Positions 20,306-30,317 are shown, numbered from the stretch's first letter. The stretch is 64,000 nt of DNA from Longimicrobiales bacterium (GCA_965238005.1 OZ250165.1:256001-320000), one strand, 5' to 3'. Notes: generated from the sequence alone by a model not told the origin. Program-made: numbers and translations.

Positions 20306-20413
20306 GCCGAACAAAACGGGCGATCTGACCCACATCCGCAACGACGCGTAGGACCGGTAGGCCGCGCAGGGGCAAAGCCCGACCCCGCACAGGTCCGGGG
20401 TCAGGTGTTAGGC
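20306..20413 (-). other. Degenerate integron attC-like site
   Basis: On the minus strand GCCTAAC (contains the protease TAA stop) ... GTTCGGC, with internal IR CTGACCC/GGGTCAG. Confidence 0.5.
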
Positions 20414-21175
20414 GTCACCCCCACCCAATAGCTCGCCGACCAACTTGGGCCGCCATACTCGGCCGATCTCCGAATCATCGCGGATCCGCCCTGAATACAC
20501 TCCCAAGAATGCTGTCACGCTTCCACCCATCCTTAATGCACCCCCCTTGGACAGATACCCACTGGAAGACTGGTACACCACCGGCGAACCAGACATGCCA
20601 CCGCGGGTCGTTGCGTCAATGAGGAACACAGGCTTGTCGTCGTAATTGATGTCAGGATCTGACGCGATGTGACCAGTCTTCCAAATCGGAAACGCGACCC
20701 CGGTAGCAAGGCCGAAGGGGTAGCCGATAATCGAAACGGCCATAGCCGGCTGAAGCCTGACATCGTGCTCGGCCAGCGCGAGGTCAAGCGGATACGTTTT
20801 GATTTCAGGGTCAGCCAAATCAAGCGGAAGCGCCGCGATATCGATCTCCCTTCCGCCGGGGTGTTCAATCCAGAGCGGCTTGGCCTCAGCATCAACCAGG
20901 GGCTGGCTCATGAGCTTCCAGCTACCAAGTTGCTGGGTGTGATGCACGATGACGATCTCGTCGGGCAATGCACCGGCATCGGAAAGCGGCTGATCCGTAT
21001 TGGGGTGCCTCCCAGCCAAAACATGCCAGTTGCTGACGAGATATGACCCTGTATCATCCTGGACAACGAACGCGGATGCTGTGCTTAGTAAGTTCCCACG
21101 CGCCCGCAATTCGACCCGGAGACTCACACAGCTGAGCGGATCGATCGTGATGACTTGTTGATCGGTCACCTGCAT
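20408..21175 (-). CDS. Trypsin-like serine protease
   Basis: SNWHV, DIAAL and GGMSGSPV (H-D-S triad); AGGAG RBS; no signal peptide evident. Confidence 0.88.
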   Translation of the reverse strand: MQVTDQQVITIDPLSCVSLRVELRARGNLLSTASAFVVQDDTGSYLVSNWHVLAGRHPNTDQPLSDAGALPDEIVIVHHTQQLGSWKLMSQPLVDAEAKPLWIEHPGGREIDIAALPLDLADPEIKTYPLDLALAEHDVRLQPAMAVSIIGYPFGLATGVAFPIWKTGHIASDPDINYDDKPVFLIDATTRGGMSGSPVVYQSSSGYLSKGGALRMGGSVTAFLGVYSGRIRDDSEIGRVWRPKLVGELLGGGDA

Positions 21176-21351
21176 GCTCCTGGGGGTAATGGCATATAGA
21201 ACAATCGTATTGCCACACCATGTGTGCCATATAGCACTCCGATGTCGCGAAACGCGAATAATGCCATTGTGTAGACCTTTTGACGCACACCGCTTGGGGG
21301 GCGAGCGGCTTGGTGGTCGTGCTTCCAAGACTCTACAGGGTGCTGAGAGCC

Positions 21352-21586
21352 GGAGCAAGCACGATCAGCGTAGCCTGCCTTTCTCTCCGGGGGCGTGGCC
21401 GTGTTCTCCGCGAGAACCTACCGAACTGGCTGTCTCTTGGGTCAGAAGGCCCGACCGATGGTACGAGGTGGGGTCAGCTCACGTCGCACCAGACCAGCGC
21501 TTCTCGCCCTGACGAGTGACCAGCGCCCGCCGTGGCGACTATCGAGCCCAATTACTCGCTCAACATAGAGAGAAACATAGAGACCC
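21352..21586 (+). repeat. Island repeat R4, directly 3' of tRNA-Ala
   Basis: Same core as R1-R3 plus AACATAGAGAGAAACATAGAGACCCC. Confidence 0.82.
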
Positions 21587-21647
21587 CTTCGACCGTCATG
21601 CCGAAGGGGTCTCCTGTAACACTATTGCTCACAACGCTTTACATCAG

Positions 21648-21720
21648 TGGAGCCAGCCGGGATCGAACCGGCGACCTCTGGCTTGCAAAGCCAGCGCTCT
21701 CCCAACTGAGCTATGGCCCC
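21648..21720 (-). tRNA. tRNA-Ala(TGC)
   Basis: GGGGCCATAGCTCAGTTGGGAGAGCGCTGGCTTTGCAAGCCAGAGGTCGCCGGTTCGATCCCGGCTGGCTCCA; CCA not encoded. Confidence 0.96.
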
Positions 21721-21787
21721 ATATTGTTATTCTGCAACGACTTACACTGACACTATACCGAAGCAGTGGGAACAATCTTGGTATAGT

Positions 21788-22423
21788 TCATGCGTCTTTT
21801 TCCATGATCTTCCGGGTCTCCAAGACGGCCGCGAGAACCCCGTCGTCGTCGGACTGTTGGTACATCTTCAGCGACCGAACGTCACCCCAGCCACCCGCCT
21901 TGGCAACATCGACATCCGAGTGACCCTTCCTCTCGGTCGCCCATTTCCTCCTGAACGGATGGAACTCGCCCCTCTCTAATTTCTCCTCACTTAGCTCCCC
22001 GGCTTCGGCTGCGAGCTTTTGTGTTCTACGTAACAGTTTTGCCGCGTAATGTCGGGTCCACGACTTCGGTGTGCCGTTCGATTGGCGTGCCCTGACTGAC
22101 GGGAAGAGCGGGTAGCGACCGACACCTTTCGACATCTTCAGGAGTGCGACCAACGCTTCGCGAACGTCTTCGGAGATCGCCACCCAGGTGTCGCGGTGGC
22201 TCATCTTGTCGAATTCCTGGCGCCGGCAGATCTGGCCGAACGGAGCTTTCGGCGTAGACGTGAGGTCGACGTCTCGGACCTCGATCGAACACGCTGCTGT
22301 GACCCGGAACCCCGTGCCTTCTAGGATGGTGAGGAGTAGAGGAAAGCGACCGGAGAGGTCGGCCTGGGCAGCCCACTTCCTAACGGTCAAGAACCGGTCG
22401 TACGTGATCAAGGGTCGCATTCG
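21788..22423 (-). pseudogene. Tyrosine recombinase/integrase catalytic domain, N-terminus lost at the IS3 junction
   Basis: TGFR, HPFRR, GGW...MY catalytic residues; gene ends about 70 bp upstream of the tRNA-Ala 5' end. Confidence 0.85.
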
Positions 22424-23772
22424 TGTACCGGTTCCGGTTTGCTGGACAAGTCGGCGGCCTAATCAAGCCGCCTTCAGGGTGAGCTCCTGACGGACCTGGG
22501 CCGGGGTCCGATACCCATGCCGCTCTAGGAGCCACCCGCGGTTGTAGCGTTCGATAAACGCGTCGATCTCCTGTCTGGCCTCCTCGAGACTCTTGAAGTC
22601 GTGGAGGTACAAGCACTCCTCCTTCAGCGTCCGCATGAAGCGCTCTGCGACGCCGTTGCACTCCGGCTCTCCCACGTACGAGGCCGTCGAGCGGATCCCG
22701 AGCCAGGCCAGCTCCCCCTGGAACTGATGCGCCGTGTACTGCGGTCCCCAGTCGTGCCGTAGGCCGAGCCCCAGAGCGATCTTGGGCGCGTAGTCGTCCA
22801 TGTGGGTCCGTACGCCCTGGCGGATCGGCTCGAGCGCTGCCCACCGATCGCCCTTCTTCGCCACGTGCCAGCCCACCACGTCCGTGACGCAGTGATCCAC
22901 CGCCACGAAAAACCAGCACCACCCATCCTCCTTCGTGTAGAACCGCGTCGCGTCCGTGCCCCACAGCTCGTTCGGCACGTCCGTCGTGATCCGGCCACTG
23001 TGGCTCCGGTCCCCATGCGGATGCTTCCCGCGTCGTACAGGGGCCAGCAGCCCATTCTCCCGCATCAGCCTGAGCACGCGGTTCTTGCCCACATGGATCC
23101 CCTTCGGCCTCAGGCGCGCCCTCACCTTTCGATGACCCTCGCCCAGGAAGTCGCTCTGCTTCAGCACCTGTCGGATCTCCTCTACCAACTCCTCGTCGCT
23201 CAGCTTCGTCTTCGGTCCTCGTTTCTTCGGCTCTGCCGGCCCCTCGCTCTCTTCTCGATCCCGGGCCGCATAGACCGTCGAGCGCCCCACCCGCCAGGCC
23301 TCGCAGATCATCGTCAGAGGGTAGGGCCGCCCGGTCCCCGGACTCACTCGCGTCCACGCTTCAAGAGCGTCCGTAGCTCGTCCCCGTACCCCCTTTTTTC
23401 CAGGAGCTCTCTCGCAAGCTCCAGTCGCATCGTCAACTCTCCCAGCTTCGCCTGGGTCCGGGTCAGCTCTCGTTCTCCAGGGTCCCGGCCCCGGCGCCTC
23501 AGCCCCTGCTGACCGGTCTCCAGAAACACCCGCCGCCATTCCTCCAACTCCGGTGGTGAGACCTGCACCTCGCGGCTGACCTCCACCAGATCCTCCCCCC
23601 GCAGCAGGCGCAGCACCACCTCCGTCTTATGCTGTGCGCTCCACCGCTCGGGTACCTTCTCACGACCTTCGGTCGCCTTCTTTTCCCTCGGCTTCTGGGC
23701 CATCACGTCCCTTTCTCTCTGGACCCGCTCTCTTTGCCAATCTACTGTCCAGAGAAACAAGGGGGCGCTAAA
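22424..23772 (-). mobile_element. IS3-family element copy 1 (orfA 23344-23703, orfB ending at 22463)
   Basis: orfA HTH plus orfB rve (WGTD, HDWGPQY, AERFMRTLKEE); imperfect IRs ending TGGACA; translations identical to copy 2. Confidence 0.9.
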
Positions 23773-23805
23773 ACCGAGAGACCGCACGCACCGCTGATTG
23801 TCCAA

Positions 23806-23852
23806 TGAACCGGGCGGGTGTCAAACCCACGACCTACGGATCAAAAGACCGT
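23806..23852 (-). other. Degenerate tRNA 3'-half fragment (Lys-TTT-like), probable att remnant
   Basis: Minus strand ACGGTCTTTTGATCCGTAGGTCGTGGGTTTGACACCCGCCCGGTTCA resembles an anticodon arm + T arm + acceptor strand. Confidence 0.55.
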
Positions 23853-23923
23853 GAGTTCAACACTTTTCGGGATTGTTCGCCCGATTTCTTTTTTCGGGGG
23901 CGGGAAGCCGCGCCTGGTGAGGG

Positions 23924-24203
23924 AGGCGTCTGCCTCGCCCCCCCGGGGGGAGGGGCCCCAAAGGGGGGGGTGCACGGCAGCGCCGGGTTCCGGGGTCAGA
24001 TGCTTTACATAATCGCCATTATGCGTAGCCTGGGTTGTGCCGTAAGTTAATGCAGGACAGTCATTTACCGCTCGATGCATATTCGTGAGCTCGTCGCTGC
24101 AGGAGAGATGGCGCTCGAGTATGCACCTCGGTTGTGTAGTTATGAACTGCCGATCTCCGCGCCGTGTCTCACGCGCGCGAGGACTGTCACAGCGAGGGCG
24201 CTG
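23924..24203 (+). repeat. Repeat D1 containing a dif-like site (24002-24029)
   Basis: Minus strand GCTACGCATAA-TGGCGA-TTATGTAAAGC; the downstream block ending GTGTCTCACGCGCGCGAGGACTGTCAC recurs at about 26.5, 30.1 and 35.1 kb. Confidence 0.8.
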
Positions 24204-24244
24204 CAGGCGACCTCAAATCCTCTCAGGTCAGACACTAACCACAC

Positions 24245-26395
24245 CTACCGGGGACCGGGCGGCAGGTGCGTGAGCAGATACCGTGTTATGTGCATACGCA
24301 AGTGCAGCGATGTGCCTTCGCCTTCGCTGATTCCGTGGTCGCGGTTAGGGTACGTCATATAATCAAACTGCTTCCCCAACTCGATGAGGCGATCAACCAA
24401 TCCCTCGGTGATCTCCAGATGGGTATTGGTCTCTCCCGTGCCATGGATGATCAGGAGGTCTCCCTTGAGGCCCTCGGCAAAATTGATCGGAGCGGATTGG
24501 CGGTATCCCTCGGGGTTCTCCTCGGGCGTCCGCATGAAAATCTCCTGGAAAGATCCATGGTAGAGGTCCGGTTGCGGCTTGGGCGCAACGGCGATCCCTA
24601 CGTGATAAACATCCGGCTTGCGGAACATGGCATTAAGGGTGTTTGAACCACCGCCGCTCCAACCCCATATACCGACCCGGGACATGTCGACGTACGGCCG
24701 GGTACGGCCAAGTTCCTGCACACCTGCCGCCTGCTCCTCGGTGGAGAGTGGGCCAAGGCTAGGGAATATCGCCCGCCGCCATGCGGCCCCCTTCGGCGCA
24801 GGTGTACCACGGCCGTCAATGGACACCACAAGATAGCCTAAATCGGCGATCACGCGATGGTAGTTGATGTTGGTGTGGATGATGTTCCACGAGTCCAACA
24901 CCTTCTGACGGGCCGGCTCACCATATATATACACGAAAAGGGGATATTTTCGGGACGGATCGAAGTCGTGAGGTTTGATCATCCATGCGTCCATCACCAC
25001 GTTGTCGCCGATATCGAGTTGAATAAACTCTGTGGGCCGGGAAACCAATGTCTCCATTTTAGCGCGCAGCTCATTATTGTCTTCCAGAACGCGAACCATC
25101 CGGTGCTCCGGCATCTCCACGAGTTCGGTGACCGGAGGTGTGTCAAAGTTGGAGTAGGTGTGAAACGCCCATCTGTAGTCAGGGGAGAAGTCGTAATCGT
25201 GGAAGCCTGGCCGGTCCGTGGGGGTAATCCGTTCGGTTTCTCCGCTCCCGCTCAGCGGCACGCGATAAAGATACTTCTGGGTAGCGTTGTCAGGGGATGC
25301 ATAATAGTAAATCCAGCCTCCACCTTCATCCACCATGCCATGTTCAATATTTCTACCACGCTCCGTCTGATGGAAGCCCTTACTCAAAATAATATCGACG
25401 CCGCCGGGCGTTAATACCGCTTGCTCCTTTCCATCGCGCGAGTAAACATAGGCTCGGCGCCAGCCATCCTTTTCGCTCAATACGATGAACGCACTGCCAC
25501 CACGGATCCACTTCAGCCCGCCATTCCCTCGGCTGCCCAGAACCCATGCCGAATCGGATTCGTGGTAGATACTGGTGACCTGGCCGGTCTGGGCGTTACC
25601 AATCAGAAAGTCACGTTCATCCCTGCCGCGGCTAAACTTTTCTACCAATACCTCGTCTGAATTCTCAGCCCAACTCACCTGCCCGAGATAATAACCCTCT
25701 GCAGACGCCGGAATGGAGAGCCAGCGCGTGTTGCCTCCCGTAGCATCAACGACGCCAACGCGCAAGGTTGCAATGGTCTCGCCTACCCTGGCATACCGGA
25801 CTGCTCTAACCTCCGGATACGTTGGATCACCCGGGACGAGCGTCGGCCTCAGCCGGACATTGGACTGGTCCCTCTGCACATAAGCAATCCGCTTTCCATC
25901 GGGACTCCAGACCGCGTTACCATTCGAAATCGCGTCAGCGGTCCCGTCCTCCGTAATTTGAATCGTCCGGTTCCTGCGGATATCCCGAACAAACAGGTTC
26001 CCTTGATCGGTGTAAAGGCTGCGCTGGCCGTCGGGGGAAACGCTGCCTCTCATTTCTCTTTGTAGTGACTCCGGCACACTGCGTTCGCCGCTGACGACAT
26101 CATAACGTGCACGTACACGTTCGTTCGTTCCCGAATCAAGCTCCATTACTGTGTAACCAGAACCGTCAGCAAGCCAGGTTGCATTAGAGGTCCTGGCATC
26201 GAACTCATTCCGCTCGAAAATCGCCCGCAGACGTGCTTCGGCTTCAGCCGGGACTACGTCCTGATTATTCGAAGGCTTTTTTTCTACTGTTTCCTGACAA
26301 CCGATTACCAGAAGGGCAAAGGCGAGTACTAACCCAATCCCAATCAGATGCCGGAGTAAAGCTTTTAATGCGTTTAGTGTTAACATGGTAGTCAT
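24245..26395 (-). CDS. S9 family dipeptidyl peptidase IV-like lipoprotein
   Basis: Lipobox LVIGC, GWSGGG nucleophile, YPNRDH, beta-propeller SPDG repeats. Confidence 0.93.
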   Translation of the reverse strand: MTTMLTLNALKALLRHLIGIGLVLAFALLVIGCQETVEKKPSNNQDVVPAEAEARLRAIFERNEFDARTSNATWLADGSGYTVMELDSGTNERVRARYDVVSGERSVPESLQREMRGSVSPDGQRSLYTDQGNLFVRDIRRNRTIQITEDGTADAISNGNAVWSPDGKRIAYVQRDQSNVRLRPTLVPGDPTYPEVRAVRYARVGETIATLRVGVVDATGGNTRWLSIPASAEGYYLGQVSWAENSDEVLVEKFSRGRDERDFLIGNAQTGQVTSIYHESDSAWVLGSRGNGGLKWIRGGSAFIVLSEKDGWRRAYVYSRDGKEQAVLTPGGVDIILSKGFHQTERGRNIEHGMVDEGGGWIYYYASPDNATQKYLYRVPLSGSGETERITPTDRPGFHDYDFSPDYRWAFHTYSNFDTPPVTELVEMPEHRMVRVLEDNNELRAKMETLVSRPTEFIQLDIGDNVVMDAWMIKPHDFDPSRKYPLFVYIYGEPARQKVLDSWNIIHTNINYHRVIADLGYLVVSIDGRGTPAPKGAAWRRAIFPSLGPLSTEEQAAGVQELGRTRPYVDMSRVGIWGWSGGGSNTLNAMFRKPDVYHVGIAVAPKPQPDLYHGSFQEIFMRTPEENPEGYRQSAPINFAEGLKGDLLIIHGTGETNTHLEITEGLVDRLIELGKQFDYMTYPNRDHGISEGEGTSLHLRMHITRYLLTHLPPGPR

Positions 26396-26541
26396 TGGTT
26401 AAAGTATTTTGGTTGCTTAGTTGTTGTTAAAGAATTGATAATCCAATTTAGTCAAGATAGCAGATTATTTCTGGTCCGAAACCAAGGAAAAAATACTGAT
26501 TTTCAAAGGATAGGAGATTCTATCGCGTTCGCGAGGAGCAG

Positions 26542-26597
26542 TGCCGATCCCCGGGGCGTGTCTCACGTGCGCGAGGACTGTCACGGCGGGGGCGCTG
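26542..26597 (+). repeat. Repeat D2 (3' part only)
   Basis: TGCCGATCCCCGGGGCGTGTCTCACGTGCGCGAGGACTGTCACGGCGGGGGCGCTG. Confidence 0.75.
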
Positions 26598-26686
26598 ATG
26601 CCACCGCGGACGCGTCTTGAAAGACGCACAGTGATGCCCCTTGATGCCTCCTGATGCCCCCCGATGCCCCGATGCCTTTGTGCCCC

Positions 26687-29600
26687 CTAATGGTTAGACT
26701 GCACGTCCGTCGCAACCCCAACCGACAACTCGTGCAGGCCCACAACGAGCGATCCGGGCCCCTGTATCAACACCGCGGTGTATGGCGCACGTCCCGTCGC
26801 GTGCTCGGCATCGGAGATCCACGCATGCGCCGTAGCCGTCCACTCGGCGCCAAAGGCTCGCTCTTCAGAAACGTCTGTGAGCGCAACCATGCCGTACGAG
26901 GGATTGAACACGACATCCATGTACTCGTACGTCGTGCTTCCACTAGGCACGGCCGGAGCATCGATAAAGACCTTCCAGGTCCCGGCCGCCGGGTTGCGCA
27001 CCATGACGAATTCATCGCCAATACGATCCGCATCGCCACCCCCACTCCTGCACCGTTTCTCTGTGCAATTGTAGACGTAGACATCGATGTCTGCATCTTG
27101 CTGCGACGGCCTTGCCTTGACGATGAGGAACGGTGAACCCTTTGGTACTTCGATTTCGAACACTTGCTGTTCGTTCTGTCGAATCGTCGGACGTTCGTGG
27201 CGCACACTGCCCACAGGCGTGCTCACCGCGTTGCCGGTGAACGACGCCATCCGATTGGCGAGGGTCAGGTAGTAGGTTGCGCTGCCGGGTTGCATGAGAT
27301 CGCCGGCCTCGCCGCCATTCGCTGCGGTCAGCTCGGTGTGCAGCGCGGATACCGTCAGCGTCGCCGACGTCGGCGGCACTGGGTCGTCCTCCTTGGCCTG
27401 CTCCCAGTCCCAGGTGCGCGTGTCGTACGTGTCGGATAACCTGATCTCCCACATCCCCGGCATGGGATCGACAACCACATTTGTCGCGCTCTCCCCGGCG
27501 GCACCCGGACTGGATACGCCGCGCTGCGAACGTGTGTCGGGACGAATCACCGCGAGGCCGACTTGTCGCTCCGGCGCGCTCAGATCGATCTTGAGAGCGG
27601 TCACGCCTTCGTCGACGCGGTAGAAAAAACTCTGCATTCCGGGTCGTGGGACTTTTGTTTCCTTCTTAACGGTGAAGCTGTCCGCAACCGTGAACCGGTC
27701 CGCGGCGACAACGGTTGTGAGCATACGATACGCGTAACCCGGGACACTCGGATGATCGAGCGTGAGCAGCGCAGTGTGCACACCCGCGGTGGCCGGCGCC
27801 ACGCCGATGTTCATCGCCACCGGCGTGTTGAGGGGAAGCATGAGGGACGACGGCGCCGAGTACGTCACGCTGTCGTTGCCCGTCCAGCTCACGTTGAACG
27901 TCATCGAACCCCTTGGTCCGGACGTCCGTGTGAACGTGATCGCGCGCTCATCGCGGTCGCCGACGTTCCACCCGTCGCGCTCGTAGAGTCCCACGCCTTC
28001 GTTCGGCGTCGGCAGCATGTCGCTATAAACCGTACGTACCGATGCGCTGCTGGTGATGGCGATCTCCTCGGTCTCCCTGTCGAGCGCCTTCAGAATCTCC
28101 CAGGCGTATGCCACGTTGATGACGCCGTTGCCCTGCTTATACGCCGGAATGTGCGGCACGTAGCGCGCAGATCTCGTGATCGCGTGCTTGAGACGGAAGG
28201 CGTCGTACTGCACTCCCTCCTGTTTGGCCGCGCTGATCAACAACGCCACCGCGCCCGCGGCCGTGGGCGTCGCGGTCGACGCACCCCCGGCGATGGTGTA
28301 ACCCGGAGGTAGCTGGAAAGTGGCAAACCTCAGACCCTCGAGGTACCCACGGGACGTGCTCACGTAATTCGACGGCGAGATCACGTCGGGCTTGAGCGCG
28401 CCGTTGCCCATCGGGCCGTACCCGCCGGTGATGAGCAGGTTGTCTTGATGCTCGACACGCACGCCGTGATTGGCGAAGAAGTTGTCTTTACTCTCGTGCC
28501 CGCTGACACCGATTGCACCGCGTGCCAGTACCAAATCATCGATGGCGCCGAGTATCGGGTAGTTGTGCGTTGGCACGAGGAGCGGCTTCTTGTACTTGTC
28601 GATGAGCCGAGTGTAGATCACCGTCGGCACGAGGCGTCCGTCGCGCAACAGATAGGAGCGCGTGATGCCGGACCACTGCTCGAGGAACGCGATGTCGATG
28701 ATCGGGTTCTTCAGGGCCTCGATCACCGCCTCGGTCTGTCCGTACGAGGCGCCGCTCTCGGAGATGCTCGCGAGCCGTGCTCCGGGCGCAACGCCGTCGA
28801 AGCGTCCCTTCTCCCCGCGGCTCGCCACCGCCGCGCCGACCACCAACGACCCGTGACCGTCAATACCCATGTTCAACGCAACGCGCTTCTTGTCTCGATC
28901 GATTTGCACACCAAACCCAACCGACTCGCGTACCGGCGTCTCCGGATTGTCGGTTCCAAAGACACCAAACTCTCGGCGGTCGTTGTAATTGGTCAGCCTT
29001 TTCTCATCGGTGAAGCTCAGGTCCTGGTCGGTATCGACCCAGACATCATTCGACCCCTCGTCCCAGATCACACCAAACAACCGACTCGAACCCTCGGGAT
29101 TCTCATCGCGGTTGACGTCCCCATCCAGCCCTCCACGAGCCACCGAATCGAAACTTGCCTCATCGAGGATGGCAATGCGGAACGTGCCGTTGTGGGGTGC
29201 CGTGTATGTCGTGCTGTCGAATTCGAAACTTCCACCGGCGGCAGTCACGGTTTCGTCCATGCGTAACCACCGACCGTCGTTTTGCTCGTCGAGGTCGATA
29301 GCGGTCTGGTACACGACGATCTTGGGCGTCGGCCTCCCGTCGAGCGTCATCGCGACCTGTAACTCAGGAAGTAGCATGTCGGGGTTGTGGTCGATCATCG
29401 CGATCGTCACCCCACGGCCGTCGAACGTTGGATTCTGCTCGAGAAAAGCCTTCGCGCCAATGTCGGCAATCGGACTGTAGCGGTTCCGAAGGGGAAGGTC
29501 CGAGAGCAGTGGCGGCCAGGGTTCTTTCGCGGTCGTGTCCTGAACCACTCTTCGGGTGGTGCCGGAGCGCGTGTCCACCGTCTCCCCGTCTCCGGAGCCA

Positions 29601-29944
29601 CCCCGTCCGAGGTTCTGCGGTTTGGAGATGTCGATGCTATGCAGCGCGGGATCTCCCTCCAGACGCTCCACACTGTCCACCGGAACAAACGCGCGGATGT
29701 AGTCCACGTCGTCGTCCCGATATCGGATGGTGCCGCCGAGGGCGGTGATGATCCGGGCGAGCGTCGCGTTCGCGCCGGGCATGGCAGCCGCCACCACGGT
29801 GACACCGCTGTCGCCACGGGCCCGCGCGGAGGCCACCTCGACGCGGCCGTCCTTAAAGAGGAAAGGGCGGCGGGCCACCTGGGCGGAGAGGCTGGGGGCG
29901 GCGAGGATCGATGAGAGGATGAGGAGTACGGGGGCGCGTTTCAT
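26687..29944 (-). CDS. Secreted S8 subtilase (tripeptidyl-peptidase II-like)
   Basis: Signal peptide; DGRGVTIAMID, DGHGS, LKPDV and GGASTATP (catalytic Ser). Confidence 0.88.
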   Translation of the reverse strand: MKRAPVLLILSSILAAPSLSAQVARRPFLFKDGRVEVASARARGDSGVTVVAAAMPGANATLARIITALGGTIRYRDDDVDYIRAFVPVDSVERLEGDPALHSIDISKPQNLGRGGSGDGETVDTRSGTTRRVVQDTTAKEPWPPLLSDLPLRNRYSPIADIGAKAFLEQNPTFDGRGVTIAMIDHNPDMLLPELQVAMTLDGRPTPKIVVYQTAIDLDEQNDGRWLRMDETVTAAGGSFEFDSTTYTAPHNGTFRIAILDEASFDSVARGGLDGDVNRDENPEGSSRLFGVIWDEGSNDVWVDTDQDLSFTDEKRLTNYNDRREFGVFGTDNPETPVRESVGFGVQIDRDKKRVALNMGIDGHGSLVVGAAVASRGEKGRFDGVAPGARLASISESGASYGQTEAVIEALKNPIIDIAFLEQWSGITRSYLLRDGRLVPTVIYTRLIDKYKKPLLVPTHNYPILGAIDDLVLARGAIGVSGHESKDNFFANHGVRVEHQDNLLITGGYGPMGNGALKPDVISPSNYVSTSRGYLEGLRFATFQLPPGYTIAGGASTATPTAAGAVALLISAAKQEGVQYDAFRLKHAITRSARYVPHIPAYKQGNGVINVAYAWEILKALDRETEEIAITSSASVRTVYSDMLPTPNEGVGLYERDGWNVGDRDERAITFTRTSGPRGSMTFNVSWTGNDSVTYSAPSSLMLPLNTPVAMNIGVAPATAGVHTALLTLDHPSVPGYAYRMLTTVVAADRFTVADSFTVKKETKVPRPGMQSFFYRVDEGVTALKIDLSAPERQVGLAVIRPDTRSQRGVSSPGAAGESATNVVVDPMPGMWEIRLSDTYDTRTWDWEQAKEDDPVPPTSATLTVSALHTELTAANGGEAGDLMQPGSATYYLTLANRMASFTGNAVSTPVGSVRHERPTIRQNEQQVFEIEVPKGSPFLIVKARPSQQDADIDVYVYNCTEKRCRSGGGDADRIGDEFVMVRNPAAGTWKVFIDAPAVPSGSTTYEYMDVVFNPSYGMVALTDVSEERAFGAEWTATAHAWISDAEHATGRAPYTAVLIQGPGSLVVGLHELSVGVATDVQSNH

Positions 29945-30126
29945 GGCATACCTCAGGGGTGGGGCGTTGTAGCTAGTGGGTTTTAGAATACGGGTGGATG
30001 CGGGGGATGGCTAGGAACGGCGGGGCACGGGGGCATGGGCGCATGGGCGCATCGAGGGGCATCAGCATCAGGGTACATCAAAGGGGCATTCCTGAATGAT
30101 CAACTTGGGCGATGCCGCTTGATGCC

Positions 30127-30317
30127 TCCTGATGTAATTGCCATTATGCGCAGCCTGTGCAGCGCCGTAAGTGGATGCAGGACTGTCATTTACATCTCAG
30201 CGCATATTCATGAGCTCGTCGCTGCATGAGGGATGGCGCTGGAGTATGCAACTCGGCCGTGTAGTTATCGATCTGCCGATCCGGCGAGTGTCTCACGCGT
30301 GCGCGACGACTGTCACC
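30127..30317 (+). repeat. Repeat D3 with a degenerate dif-like site (30127-30154)
   Basis: Minus strand GCTGCGCATAA-TGGCAA-TTACATCAGGA; the following ~160 bp align with D1. Confidence 0.8.

Noticed and set aside
12443..21586. R1-R4 or D1-D4 repeats as a CRISPR array
   Set aside because: Units are over 50 bp, diverged and kilobases apart; no cas genes present.
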